64,000 bases of DNA from Trichoplax sp. H2 (GCA_003344405.1 NOWV01000177.1:62001-126000); one strand, 5' to 3'; positions 1-13,810 are shown, counted from the first letter of the stretch. The notes: generated by a model not told the origin, from the letters alone. Translations and numbers: made by a program.

Positions 1-3
1 TAG

Positions 4-957
4 TTATGGCTATTTAGTAGTCCATCTTTCTCGAGACAATTCTCCGGAGCAAAATACAATTTAATAGCTAATCCATCCTTTTATGGATGTAACGCTATCA
101 CTAAAATCACTAAAATGAAGACGGTATGTTAATCATAAACAGGAGTAATACATGCAGTTAAAAAATTTAATGCAGCTATTTTCAAGGCCTGTAAACTAAT
201 AGGATTAAATATTACTTCAAATAGTTATATGTGACCTTAGAGTTGGCTCCAAAGTGGATTATTTTTTATGTTACAACAGCGATGGAAAACCAAGCTGCAA
301 GTATTACAAAATCTAAATTTATACCATCAAAATTTTATGACTTTAGGTTCATTTTACCATACTTAGCTGTAGTCATGGAATAGAAACCTGGTTTGTATCG
401 CCAAGAAGCAAGTATTTACTAACAGGTATTATTCATTTATTGATAAAGGTAACGATGCAGTAATTTTTCTCTACCCCACTGTTCGCATGGTATTATTTAA
501 TTACATTATTCATACTAGCATGGAAATAATGAAATGATATTTGCGTTGTATCCTATAATGTTCTATACCTACCCAAATTTAACATTACAGTAGTTATATC
601 AAAGCTGTTTTAATGCGATTGGAATCAGGTTTCATCATATACAATTATATCCATAAAGATAGGGCAATTTAGTAGCTGGCTAAAAGTAAATTGCAAAGTA
701 AATTTAAGAATTCTTTAAATCTATGTTAATTATCTACTGTAACAGAAAAGTTTAAATTAAGATCTTAAGAATTTTCTATCAAAGCAATTGACTTCTTATA
801 TTTATTATCTATGACAGGCCTAATCATTGGAGGATTCTTAGATGCTATGGCTATCTTGGTACTACTTGTAATTGGAGTGATTCTGTATCGACGTTTCCGC
901 CATCAGTCTGTTCTACGTTATTTACTTGATGATCAAGACGTTAATGAGCTTCTTTAA
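4..957 (+). CDS. 3' exons of a single-pass (type I) membrane protein with a C-terminal acidic dileucine sorting motif (5' part lies outside the window)
   Basis: Terminal exon 818-957 (ag| phase 1) reads GLIIGGFLDAMAILVLLVIGVILYRRFRHQSVLRYLLDDQDVNELL*: TM helix, basic stop-transfer, DVNELL. Upstream GT-AG exons 4-123, 241-300 and 347-425 join in frame; the 46-nt intron 301-346 is short, so the middle exons are less certain. Confidence 0.6.
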
Positions 958-1266
958 ATCGCATTAATTGCAACACAACATTAGCATTTACTGCTAATTT
1001 CGATCACATTTTCCATATAGACTCTGGATATAAATTGACCTATGGGAAAGAAGATCGACTTTAAAAATTATGAATTTAAACAGGGTCTTTTCAGAACATA
1101 ATAAATCAAAACTGTATTCATATGTACACTTTTTAGATTATACTTTTTAGTTTCGACGCGAATTAACGTCATTAAAAAGCCTATAGCACTATGTTTCTCT
1201 AATTGTAAATTGCTCAGAATCGTTAAAAAATGTTATTACTACCGTAATCTTTGAATTGTGTTGCAT

Positions 1267-2455
1267 TCTGCAGCAAAGTTATCCATAATTTTTATGGGGC
1301 GGAAACTATATAAAATATTGTTTGTACCCATATAGTGCGTTGAATAGTGCGTTGTAGTTTGCCTGTAGCTGCACTTATTCTAAATCTGATAGACTCAACT
1401 AGTGACTACGGCCCAGTAGTTGGCATAAAAAATGTTTGATAACAAACATAACAGGAACTTGATTCAACTAATAGTTATCGTGAGTATTTGCTTGTGCTAT
1501 CAAGGCAGTCATAGGGGTAGGGTTAGGATTTCTATTGCTGCACTTGTTAAACTGTATGTAATGTCGCTGAAAGTTTAATAGCATAGTTTGATATTCCTAA
1601 AACTATTGAAAATGCCAGATCAATCATGTGCAAACATGAAGTGTTTCCATAGCATATGCATTGACAACGACAACGTGAGTATTTGCTTGTGCTATCANNN
1701 NNNNNNNNNNNNNNNNNTCTGCAGCAAAGTTATCCATAATTTTTATGGGGCGGAAACTATATAAAATATTGTTTGTACCCATATAGTGCGTTGAATAGTG
1801 CGTTGTAGTTTGCCTGTAGCTGCACTTATTCTAAATCTGATAGACTCAACTAGTGACTACGGCCCAGTAATTGGCATAAAAAATGTTTGAATACAAACAT
1901 AAACAGGAACTCGATTCAACTAATAGTTATGAAAGCGTAAAATATTCGTAGAAAACTTGCGTTAATCAACGAAGACAACAAATTGTTAGCTAAGCAATCC
2001 CTTACCTTTGTCAAAATATTTCACCTTAATTTCGTATTTTCATTAAACGTAAAGGCTTTAGTACAAGTCATGGGGGAAGGGTTAGGATTTCTATTCTCGC
2101 ACTTATTAAACTGTACGTAAAGTCGCTGAAAGTTTAATATTTGTAGTTTGATATTCCTAAAACTATTAAATATGCTAGATCAATCATCATGTGCAAATAT
2201 AAAATGTTTTCGTGGCCTTTGCATCGATAACGACAACGTGAGTATTTGCTTGTGCTATCAAGGCAGTCATAGGGGTAGGGTTAGGATTTCTATTATTGCA
2301 CTTGTTAAACTGTATGTAATGTCGCTGAAAGTTTAATAGCATAGTTTGATATTCCTAAAACTATTGAAAATGCTAGATCAATCATGTGCAAACATGAAGT
2401 GTTTCCATGGCATATGCATTGACAACGACAACGTGAGTATTTGCTTGTGCTATCA
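1267..2455. repeat. Near-identical duplication across the assembly gap (probable uncollapsed haplotype)
   Basis: 1267-1478 recurs at 1718-1930 and 1479-1697 recurs at 2237-2455. The left copy lacks the intervening ~305 bp. N-run at 1698-1717. Confidence 0.8.
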
Positions 2456-2459
2456 AGGC
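2067..2459 (+). repeat. Tandem duplication (~198 bp) of intron plus partial EGF exon
   Basis: gtcat.gggg.agggttaggatttct...gtgctatcaaggc occurs twice. The first copy stops at ...CLCYQG with no sixth Cys and no donor; the second continues YLGNSCDEG|gt. Confidence 0.8.
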
Positions 2460-3567
2460 TACCTAGGAAATTCTTGCGATGAAGGTAATATTGTCACTTT
2501 GCTTGATATGATACTTAATCACGCATCAACTAGGCAAATTTCTAATCTACGTATCCTCATATTTCCAGTTACTAAAGAAACCAGCCAACTTGCTTGTTCT
2601 AGCAGCCCTTGTCCTCAAGGTCATTGCTTGGATACTTTTTGCAAAAATGGAAAAGCCGCTTATATTTGTTATTGCAAGGTCAATGATTCATATTTTAACG
2701 GTGAAAGCGAATGTCATCGAGGTAAATTTGATAATATATTATTCACAGATGAATTTGCTTGAATGCCATACTTTATGAAACTTACAAAACTACAAATACG
2801 TTTAAAAACACAATCACATGTTAATACGCATATCGCGAAACATATCATTAACTAGACCCGTTGCTTAAAATATGTAAAATTAACTCAATGTTAGTTGCAT
2901 TTTCAATCATTATTTACCAGTGCCAATTCACTATGAAATATCAATATTAATCATCTAAGATCATGTAGGTTACATTAGTTGATCAGTAGCAATTAAAATA
3001 AGTTGAGCGTACTAAATTTCCTAATTACGGCATCTCTTAAAAAATTAACCCTGCATATACGATAGATGGGAATGACTATAAGTAATTGATATTTGAGCAA
3101 AATCTGAATAATGAATCCAGCATAATTCGTAAGCACATGGTAATAACTAAGAATTTTGCTGGCTTGCCATCTTTAGAACCGTGTACCGATCCTTGCTATA
3201 GTAATCCACGTCAAAATCAAGGCAGCTGCCGAATTTCAACTTCTGCTCAGAATTCAACCTCTTTGACTTACGAATGTACCTGTTCATTGACATACTACGG
3301 TCCTTCATGTCAATACTTTGGTAAAAAATGCCGTAAAATTTAATTTAGATATTTGCAATAGATTTAATGCGCTTGTGAATCATAATCGTAGCTTTCTCCG
3401 GGTTGAACACCGCTTTCTTACTGGTAATAAGAATTATTATTTTCCGTTCCATTCAATAGATCCATGCCTTTCTTCACCATGTTCATTTGGGGCTTGTTTA
3501 TATGATAAAATTAGCGGCTATTCTTGTATTTGTCCTGATAGATATACTGGCATCTATTGTTCAACAA
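2377..3567 (+). CDS. EGF-like repeat protein, four phase-1 exons (fragment, possibly decaying)
   Basis: AG/GT-bounded exons ~2377-2484, 2569-2721, 3177-3320 and 3460-3567 each encode one EGF module (e.g. DPCLSSPCSFGACLYDKISGYSCICPDRYTGIYCS). The third module has PRQNQG where PCQNxG is expected. Start and stop not identified. Confidence 0.75.
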
Positions 3568-4568
3568 GTAATAGCATGTTTCTCTTTTATCACTATCAAT
3601 TTATATGAGTTCGTGTCGAATATAGGTATTTGGTGAGGTACAGAGTTCAAATTAACATTTAATCATTTTTAGCCATAAATCATGAAGGCAATTTAAATAT
3701 GGTATTACCAAAAATGTTCTAACGACGCACACTAAATATGGTAATACCAAAAATGTGCCAACTACCCACACTAGGCACGCTGCTTTCTGAATGCTCGCCA
3801 TCAACCTTTCTTGGCTCTAACTGAAATCACTATTTCACCTTGTAAACTGTGGATAGCAAGGTGAGAAACAGAATGAAAGCAGGCAATCTCACCTTTGGGG
3901 TCGGGAAAAAGTGGAAGACAACATGGACAACATGGTAAGACGATTTTCTTTTTGCAATATCCCTTCCTGTCATGATAGCCTTTGCTAGCAGAAATGTTGT
4001 ACCAAATATACTGACTATTTTATCTTTTCATGTTATTTTTACCAAGAATTTGCTGAGATCGTTTCTCTTTCAAGTCCGTCTTTTACTGCAATTTACAATA
4101 AACATTCAACTAGCTGCACAATTGCATTGATTGCAATACTATTAAGTTTGTTTTGATATATTTTTGGGTATTGGTTAAACTGACTTTTGGGGGTTTGCTT
4201 CATGATCGACGAGATAATCCATGATAGACTGTATTAGTAAGAATCTAGCGGTATTGAAAAATGTTAAGTTTGTGATAAATTTCATCATTATTAGATGCAG
4301 CCTAAAACTTATCAATGATAGATATACTATATACTTAATACAGTATTATTATTACGATATATATAGAAACTCGAGACAACTTCTACTTCTACTTTATGCT
4401 AAGCTACCGTATAGTATGCTGTTAGCTACTAGGTAATAGATGATGGATATAGTATGTTACCTCCAATCATTACCCCATAGCAGAAGTAAACTATTTCCCT
4501 TACTTTAAAACTTCGACAAATGTTAACAGATATTGATGCGAAAAAAAAATGGGACAAGGGAAGCCAAT

Positions 4569-5118
4569 TGTTATGTAACTTGAATTGTGATTGTAGACTA
4601 TTAGCCATGTTTAGTATAATGCACGGTAGATATTTATCATAAGAGATATCTGGTAGCTATAACTATAGACTGTAGTGGTATAGACTCTATGCTAGAGTAC
4701 AGATGACTATATACAGTAAGCTGTTGAGTTACTAATAAGACTATAGGTAAAAATAGAACTGTAAATCATAAATTAGGATATGGTTAATTCATTGTACTTT
4801 GGCTGGTGTGAATAATGTCTATGTAAGTACTGTAGTCTTATCTATATTGGATTAATGATGGTCCGCAGTAGAATAGTGTTACTAAGAATAATTTAACTAT
4901 GTGTAAAATAAGATAAAAGGTTGCCATGCGGATTGTAGCTGCGAATGCTACGAAAAGTATAAAGCATACAACTTTAGATTATTCTGTTAGTTCGTTGTAG
5001 AAGTCTTTAGTAGTAGTATTCGGCTAAAGTAGAGCAGTGTGTAGTTGATCTTCGTATAAGATTCAATAAAGCCCTTATTTTTCTAAAATTTGGAATTTCG
5101 TGATTGGTATATATCACA
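4569..5118 (+). mobile_element. Solo LTR (550 bp), copy 1
   Basis: TG...CA termini, perfect 5-bp TSD CCAAT (4564-4568 / 5119-5123), TATAAA at 4958, AATAAA at 5065. Homologous copies at 55344 and 62228. Confidence 0.9.
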
Positions 5119-5749
5119 CCAATATTAATAATTTTAGCTTAGAAACAGGAAAGATCTGATTGTGGATCACGTTTTAGTTCAGGTCTACTAAATTTATAAC
5201 TTTGAAACGTCTCATATACGATCTTAGTGAAATTTTCTTTAACTAATAGTTTCAATTATTAAAGATTTTGATCAAAGTTTCTGTAGTATACGGGTTGTTA
5301 GCCCTAGGTTCGTAATCCGTCAACTCAAAATTCTGAGTTATTAAAATCGAGCGAATCCCTAATGTAACACAAAATAGTCAACACCATATAATTGACTTAT
5401 AACAGTTAAGTTTATTAACGTCTGTGTATCGTCCACCGAAGAAGGAGAATTCCAATTTCTTCCCCTCATAATAACAGTCGAAAATGGCTAAGATAAATCA
5501 GATAAGCGACTTAACCTCCTCGATAACAATTCTATACAACTTATACAAATTATCATTAATTGCTCCTCTACATAGTATTCATCAATCACATTAGTACATT
5601 GCTTTATAACATTACTTAATATGGTTATCAGCTACGACCTTATATAGTATATACTTAAAATTCATTTTTAGTAGTCATCTAGCCGTAACTAACAATAGGG
5701 TTGAGGTTAATTTGTCCGGCAGTTTTTTGCTAATATTTTCAAGGTTTAC

Positions 5750-7950
5750 TTTATAGATAGAAAAAACTAGCTTCCGTATAGAATATTATGGAGTTGCAAA
5801 ACTGTATGATGACCATGTACATCAAATGAAGATAATTCTTATCTATCGATACTAGCATCATTGAGGCAAATGGAGTGCTGTAGTGATGCTAAAAAAGAAA
5901 TTGTTGTTACGTTGTTACGAAGTTAAATATTTAAAAAATTTTGTATAGTATCTCATTAAGAGTCTTGCGGAATGTACTTCAAAGTAAACATCAAAAGTAA
6001 ACGAATAGAAATCATTCTTGTAATTTAGCAAATAAACTGATTTTATTATTTTCCGTCTTATTGATTAATCTTGGGAAGTCCTTTCTGTTCTAAAAATGGT
6101 CGAATGTAACGATAAATTTTTCAGAATTAGGTTATATGAAATTATTGGATATCATCTTGCATGACTTTCATCTGCTTCAATATTGATCTTAATTTCCTAA
6201 TAGGATTGATAGTTCATTACTAGTACTTGGTAGATGTAGAAAGTAAGATTTTTTATTGTATCTATTAATTAATTATTGGAAAGGCTAATTTTAGAACAAG
6301 TTATTTTCTATCTTCTCTGGAGCTAGAGAGGAAGTGACTAGATTTCCTCTTTTCATCTGTCGTAGTGTCGAAGTTATTTTCCATTCATTGATGCCCTAAT
6401 ACGTGATGAAAATTTTTCCTTTTTGTGTCCCATATAATAAATTTAATTTGTCTCGCTATGGTGTCGTCTTGAAATCTGTAAATGATTTATTTACTAAAGG
6501 ACAATTAAAAATAATTTCGGTTGTTGCACTTTATTCACTTTTCAATACTCTGAGTAGAGTACTGTAGATGGAGCTAGAGAAGTATAGTAATAAATTTAGG
6601 GAATTTTTCAACTCTTGCCTGTTAATGTACTATAAACATTTTCGATTTTGCATCACAGGAATGATATGCTACTTTGACATCAGCGATATAGTCATATATA
6701 TCTTGTTATTGACAACTAATTGATTTTTCTGACCTTTGAAAGGTACTCTACTCAATGCAGATTATATCTTTTTGCTCACCAATGTGACGAAATGAAGAAA
6801 TGATGAGAGAAATTAGTGTATGCTGTACTCATCAATTTTTGCCCATTTCATCCCAAGTGTAAATAGTAGATAAGGTTAAGAATTCTGATAGCTGTCCTTG
6901 GGCAGAATGCTATACTGTCAATTACCGTTAATAGCTAGATTTTTGATCCTATAATATTAACTATAAAAAATGCTGCAGTATTAGTATACAATACGCATCC
7001 ATTAGAAGGTAGGTTAAGAATCTATGCCTAATGAAACATCAACAAGTCATCCTTGCAAGCAAGGCTTTTACTTCCTATTCCAACCAATGACGATATAGAA
7101 GTGATTTCTTATAGAATTTTAGGCCCTTTCATCAAATTACGTGTACTAACAACTATCGAAAAAATAAATTATGATATTGAACAATAAATATAGTTGTTCT
7201 ATCTAGACTGACAGACATCAGTAAGGATTAACTAACATTATCCATGATAAAGACCATAAACGAAATTCTTTCTACTCTTTCAATTTAGGCAGGTTTAGTC
7301 TATAATAAATAGAAGGGGCGTTGGATTAATGGTATTCATCATTGTCATCGCTATTCGATTGGCATTGATAGAACAAAGCAATCATTTAAAAATTGTTAGG
7401 CTGTGCCCTGTACCTTGCTGTTATATTGGTAATATCATTTGTATGACAAAGAAAAGGATCCAGTCCATTACTTGTTGATATTGAGTAAATTAATTGGCAT
7501 TTCCATTACTATAACTGTAATATTTATTTGTTCATAATCAATGAGAAAAGACAAGATGATCTGAAAATAAATAATAACAGACTTCTGACGTAGGTTCATT
7601 GATTAAGTGCGTACGTGATCGATTCGTCTTTGATGACAATTTCCCAACCGGAGACTTGAATATATTGAGTTTTCTTTCTAGATTGTTTTCATTCCCTACA
7701 TTCTATCCTATTTCATTAGTATTGAAAAGATCTACGCTATCATTTTGCTTAGCTCATCAGGTTCGTAAAGAAAAAATGCCTAGTTGACCATTTTATTTTG
7801 CAGCATTTGTTGATTGGTAAAAAGAAATGCAGTAGATTGAACAAATTGATAAACCAGTTTATAATCCATTTTTTTTTATAAAAGGTTTACTTTCGGCCGT
7901 GAAAGAATTTCAATCGTCATTACTTTAAGAAACCATCGAAAAAAAACGTT
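5750..7950 (+). pseudogene. Heavily decayed class C (GABA-B-like) GPCR remnant
   Basis: Stop- and frameshift-interrupted segments in the expected order: GTLLNADYIFLL (~6742, VFT-like), GLMVFIIVIAI...NHLKIVR (TM1/ICL1, ~7320), LIGISITITVIF (TM3), KINNNRLL...VIDSSLMTI (TM4), FCLAHQVRKEKMP (TM5/ICL3). Eyeballed similarity only; boundaries approximate. Confidence 0.4.
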
Positions 7951-8540
7951 ATGTCATTTATCAAGCAAGGAACGACTCGAATGGCTATGGAAAAAGCATC
8001 GACAGCTAACAGTGAGTTAAATGGTAGTAATTCGTTTTAGTTTAATCACAGCGAAAGTAGTGAACTAGAAATTGATCTATTGGATACGAATAATTTTTAT
8101 AACTTGTATTGATTTTGTTACTGTAGGTAATACTACTGCAGTTCGTCATGAACAAGAAGTAGAAATAAGATCGACTCCTGTCGATCAAAATAATACTAAG
8201 CAGGGCAGTACGGATTTCTTTGCTCAATCAGTCAGACACACTGAAAAGAATTCTCGAATCGAGGTTCCCTGGACCGATTGGAGAGAATTTGTAGCCTGTT
8301 GTAATGGTTAAAATCGCCATCGAGATAATACAGTTTCAATGTTTTTATTTATTTCACCATTGTAAATAGAGCTTTTCAGCATTAAGATTCAGTTTCCGTG
8401 AATATTAACTCTGCCTGAATGACATAATAGTAAGTTTACTAAACAGTCTATACTGCTATCATGATTTGCAATTTATCAACCTATTTAGATTGCCTATCAT
8501 TCTGCTACAAAATACTTTTAAAATGTATTTATTATAAGTT

Positions 8541-9254
8541 ATGGAATATCAAGGCAAAAATACGGGTTTTTCATTTGATATTGATGTTTTGATTTGCTTA
8601 TTGGTCCATGTATCGATGATCACTACTTGTAACGTAAAGAATTGATTAATTTATAACCTGTATTTCACACATCAAGTACCCGTATCATCCATCAATGTAC
8701 TAAACTTGTAAAAGATGGCAGACTTGATTGCTGAAGGGTTTATTGATTAACTAGTCATGATTAATTATACTCCTACAGTTGGCTGTAGTCATTATTTATA
8801 ACCTACGACTAGTGTACATGTAATTTAGCTCTTACATTTTCTAGCGGGCATATTTTAATATCATTATTGTGCCGTATTTTACTTGAAATCATAACATTAT
8901 CACGTTATTTTTTGATCTATTTTATTTATAGTTCAAGGCATCCTTGTCCAATTTATCCTAATTATAATAAAATCGTTATAATATCTTATATTGAATTCAA
9001 CGGTTGTCTGCTTGATATTAATATGGCAAGCTGTTAGTTAATTAATTCATCAATTGATCTACATTTGGTTAATACTGCTATTAGCAGCGTGTACAGTAGT
9101 AGTCTTTCTGTATACAGTACTAAAGGAGGATTGGGCAGATTTGAATTTTTATTACATCAATATCGCGGAGACGTTCTGCTTTGATCAGTCGTTTAGTTCT
9201 GTTGACTACGGGTCTAATATGGGGAAATTCTTGATATCCTCACATTCTATTTAA
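8541..9254 (+). pseudogene. Possible decayed class A GPCR remnant
   Basis: The frame from ATG 8541 gives a hydrophobic segment ending in CN, then NVLNL*KMADLIA (TM2 NLAxAD-like). Downstream IYIWLILLLAA (TM4 Trp) and a later Cys. Several in-frame stops. Confidence 0.3.
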
Positions 9255-10707
9255 CATATTGAATATGAGATTTTAATCTAGAACATTTGAAATATATATA
9301 GATTACAAATTTAAATTCATTAACGGCCCCAAAGTTGATATGATACTTATTTTACAGCCTCCAACCAACTTAGAAAGTGTACTGAGGGAACATTGATTTT
9401 CTTCAATATATATATACCACGATATTAAAACGACTAAATCCATTTAGGGTACTATCACTTTATATTTAAGTAGTTTTACTCTAGCAATCTAGTCACTGGT
9501 AACTTGCACACTAGTTTAAAAGGAACTAAGAAAATCATTGTATATACATATCAAGCAAATGAGCCTACCACAGTTTACATATAATACTACTTTCATCAGA
9601 ATTTTGAATGGACAAAGTTTTTCGTCAAATGTAGGACACTGATAGTGAATAATACACAATTATCATATTTATTAATATACTGAATACAAACTTAAGTTGT
9701 AGACAACTCTAATTAAAATTAGCTCATTAATAAACCGATTAGAGCATACGAGGTCGGCACGAAAACAACCTAATATACGTATAGGTGTATATAAGTTAAT
9801 ATACATGTGTATCACTAGGTGATAAATACACTACTTTAAATTGACTCCATACTACAACAGTTCGTCCGTCAACAAAGCAGCATTAGTGTTTTGTCAATAA
9901 GCGTACAGACGTAAATAATCGTTACTAGTTACAAATAAATGCAATATTATCGTCTTCTAAAATACTTCATAGCAATTCTAAGCAAATTAAGTCATTATTA
10001 CAAAAATATCAGTGTAACTTATTGTTACGGAACATACTGTAGTTCCGTAACAATATGCAAGTTTCTAATCATGTTTCAGGTTTATTACACGTTGGCAGAT
10101 AACAGTGGGTATCCGCTAAACTAGTTTCTAACATCGGTATTTTCGATTCGGGAATTCGTCCCTAAATTTAGGAATTATTATCATTTCAAATAAAATCTAT
10201 CTGCCTAAGATTACAACGCTTATAACGTAAACATTAATACTTGTATATCCGATCACTAGCCCCATAGTATGTATTGACGTCGTATTTAGTGATAGAATAA
10301 CATCAGAATCTAGACGGTAATCGCCATCCACTAATTAATCTAAATCTACTATTATATACAATTAGCTACTCGAGGTAGTTTAGCACCATACCAGGACACT
10401 ATCCTACTTTAATTGAGGATATAGCATATACATCCGTTTGGAGTATGAACTTGACATATACAGTGTATAAATTTGAATAGCACATAACGGGTTGATCATG
10501 TTGCTTTATCGCTTATATTTTTACATACTACAAATAGCTGGATATAAAGGCGTGATAAATCCGATTTTTAGTTTAGTTTAATTTTACTTCTTTGGCTTAG
10601 ATTTGAAATCAAGCTATTTTTTGACATCAGACCAAATAATCTTATTCTCGTTGTTCTTGAAGTTGCCTGCTTGGCTAATCGATTATTTGGTAGCAGAGGC
10701 GTTTTGT

Positions 10708-11677
10708 TTAACATTTCGAAAGGGAGCACAATGCACATGTATAACGACGTACAAAGGCTATAATGCTACTGCGCAAATTCTTATTATAGAAACCGTAAAT
10801 TATAGGGCTAGCAACTGAATTCCAAGAAGCAATATAAGCTAGCCATTCATTAAGCAAATAGCGAAACTCTCTGGGTATGACACGATAATTAGGATTAATA
10901 ATAATGATGAATTTCGTTATGTTGTATGGTCTTAGCAGAATAATGTACACTCCAACAATAATATAATTGATATAGCTTTGGTTGCCTTCAAAGCCGCAGT
11001 TGATTGGATACCTGTACTAGTACGTTGAATTCTTCTTGCATAATCACGAGCTACTAAATATATTTGAGCATAGAATATAATCATTACTAGTCTTTGGAAT
11101 ATAAACATTAAACATGGACAAGAGATGTGCCATGCTTGTAAACTTTGATAACGATTTTCTATTGCTTCGGATAGCAGACAAAAGTTGGGACAAATTCTCC
11201 ACTATCCAATTATTAACGGTAAGAATGCGATAAAAGTAGGTAAAATCCAACACCCAAGAAGGATAACTGCAAACATTGCTGATTTATAAGTACTAATTCG
11301 GTTATACCAGAACGGCAATGTTATGGTAATGAAGTTCTCTAAGCTAATGGAATACAAATGTGAAAATTCATACAGCATTCGAAAGCAAATTGTATAATTG
11401 CTGGTACTATCAGGCAATAGATGTTAATGAAAGTGTGGATCGAATTACGTATAGTTAGTACTTTAGCGGCCAACACAGAAATAAAGCCATAAACTATGTT
11501 GGCTAAGCATAAGCTGCCGACCAATAAACTGGTTTGATTCCGAAGCGATCGCTTAGAGCAAATAATGCCCAGTATCAGCAAATTGGTCATGAGAATACAA
11601 ACGAAAAAGTATACACCAACCGATTGAGACCGTAATTTCAAATTTTATTATCCGACGAAATACAATGCTGGTGACAT
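10708..11677 (-). pseudogene. Rhodopsin-like (class A) GPCR pseudogene, intronless and frameshifted
   Basis: Consecutive ORFs in different frames give TM1 (MTNLLILG), TM2 (SLCLAN), TM3 Cys, SLENF (DRY position), TM4 CWILP followed by a TAG stop, TM6, and NSVASPIIY (NPxxY) with helix 8. At least two frameshifts plus a premature stop. Confidence 0.8.
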
Positions 11678-13299
11678 TATTTTTAAAAAAGGGCACATCA
11701 AGACACGGTGTAAAGGACACTTCTTGGATTGGGATTTTTCATTTAGGATGGATTCAAATTGTGATAGCTTTATTGAAATGTTTTATTGGCTGAAGTAATC
11801 TATTTTTGTGATTTTATTGGATCAAATATTACTTCTTCATCTGAAAGTGATACGTAAAATCTTTATTACTGGAGTAGTCAATGAAAGAGCCGGAAAAAAT
11901 CCGCTGCTTCTAAAATTTTATCTAGCTGAAATATTATTTCTAATAAGGTTCGCTGTCCTTCAAAATTGATAACAATTCTGGTAATGAATTTTAAGCAAAA
12001 ATGAATATTAAGAAATCAAAGCAATACAATAAGATATATGTAGATTCAGTGGTAAATCTGTTTGAGATCTTCAACATCATTAATCGATAGTGACATTTAT
12101 TACAGACTACAGTTATAATACTACCTTAATATCTTACCTATTTGAATTGCCATCACTAGATCAGGATAACTGCTATAATACTAGTCTATCTATCTAACTA
12201 TACAACTTTATTGCACTAATGATGCATAAATGTACTATGCAGCTGATAATAGCGGTACATTTTTGGAGATATACATCTTAAGAATAATAACAATTGATTA
12301 TATATTATAATTAATAGGTGTGATGTATAGCACATAATAGTATAGTACTGTCAATGTTATAAAACTAGTAGTAGGATCGAGGTAAAACTCTATTGGCTGA
12401 ATATACTGCTGTGTTTCAGCTGGTAAGTAAACAGGTGTTACCGTTCATAACATGGAACGTTCGTTACCTAACAACTGGAATGAACATTCAATTGGTTGAT
12501 TACTTTTGAGCTCAATAACCTCATAGCCATTTCACCAAGTCCACTTACTTTACTGTTAGTCGGATAATATCGTATCATCGAAATCCCACGGTTTCTTTCT
12601 AGTACAACCTAAGGATCGCTACTTGTCTTTCGTAGGGTTGGTTCAATTTTAGTGGCTGCTATCAGGAACTACTTAACCCAAATTTCCCTCTCAACGTCGG
12701 TTATCGAAACTCTGATTTTTCCTATACTGTTCCTATTTACTATCATTCTCGTAACTTGGTAACCATACTTAGTCTCTCATTAATGAATCTTCATCATGAC
12801 AATAAGTATACCGAAGATATCATTGTTATTCCTAACATTTTTACACAATAGAACAGTGTAATAGACAAAAGGCAAAGTGAATGTATGGCACTTGCTTATT
12901 GTACAGTACACTGTCCACTAGAGACCCTCTATTGTACACAGTACTACGGTAGAAGAATAGAAGAATACTTGGACTGGATACTCTGTGGATGGACAGACAT
13001 CTGGCCAACTTTGGTCAACAAATTGTGTTGATGACAGCACTGTACTTTAATACGCAGCCAGTCGATTGTGAATTGACAGATTTTTTCCTGAATGGACAGT
13101 AAATAATATTACATTGTATTCTATTGCCTGTTACGAAGCTCTGCTTGGAAGCAGTAGCTATAGATTATAAATTTAAAAGTTACTTCAATTAATACGAGTT
13201 GATTTAGAAAACAGACATGGAAGATCCATACCGAGTAAGTATTTTTGGACATTTTCGGAGGCATCTGCTATGAAAAGTCCGTCCACCTGTCCACCCAGG

Positions 13300-13810
13300 T
13301 ATACTGTACTGTACTGTACTGTACATATATCTACTATTATCCAGTGGTCCATGACTGTAAGCCTACAGTACTGTATACTGTACATATAGTACTGTACACT
13401 GTACAGCACGATTAACTTGGGCGAAACTAAGGAACATCAACCGTGGAGGCTAAATCAAGCCCAAAGTACGCACAGTACCTATCCATTTTGAACACGAGTG
13501 TCGACAAATAACAACTTGAAGTTTTCGACGCCATCTTGCTATCGACGTTAATCGCGTTGTTCTGTACAGTACTGTACTGTACACTGAACACTGTGCGTAT
13601 TGTACCGTACGGTACAGACATATACTGTAGATCATAACGGTTTGACCCGAACCGAACCTTTCTCAGGTCTGGGTACGGTACAGTACACAGTTTTGCTACA
13701 ATGCATCGCGCTTGTCACTGTGCACTGTACACTGTACGGTACACTGTTATTCGTCATAGCATAGACTGTACTGCTCTGAACATATCCGCTGTACTCGAGG
13801 ACAGTATAGG
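13300..13810. promoter_or_regulatory. CTGTA/TACAG-rich tract around the predicted RPL29 transcription start
   Basis: Dense imperfect (CTGTA)n/GTAC palindromic words flank a TOP-like CCTTTCTC at 13657-13664, which is followed by a GT donor (~13673). Confidence 0.5.

Noticed and set aside
5119-8300. Internal retrotransposon region after LTR copy 1
   Set aside because: The TSD closes the element at 5123; no primer-binding site or gag/pol motifs seen.
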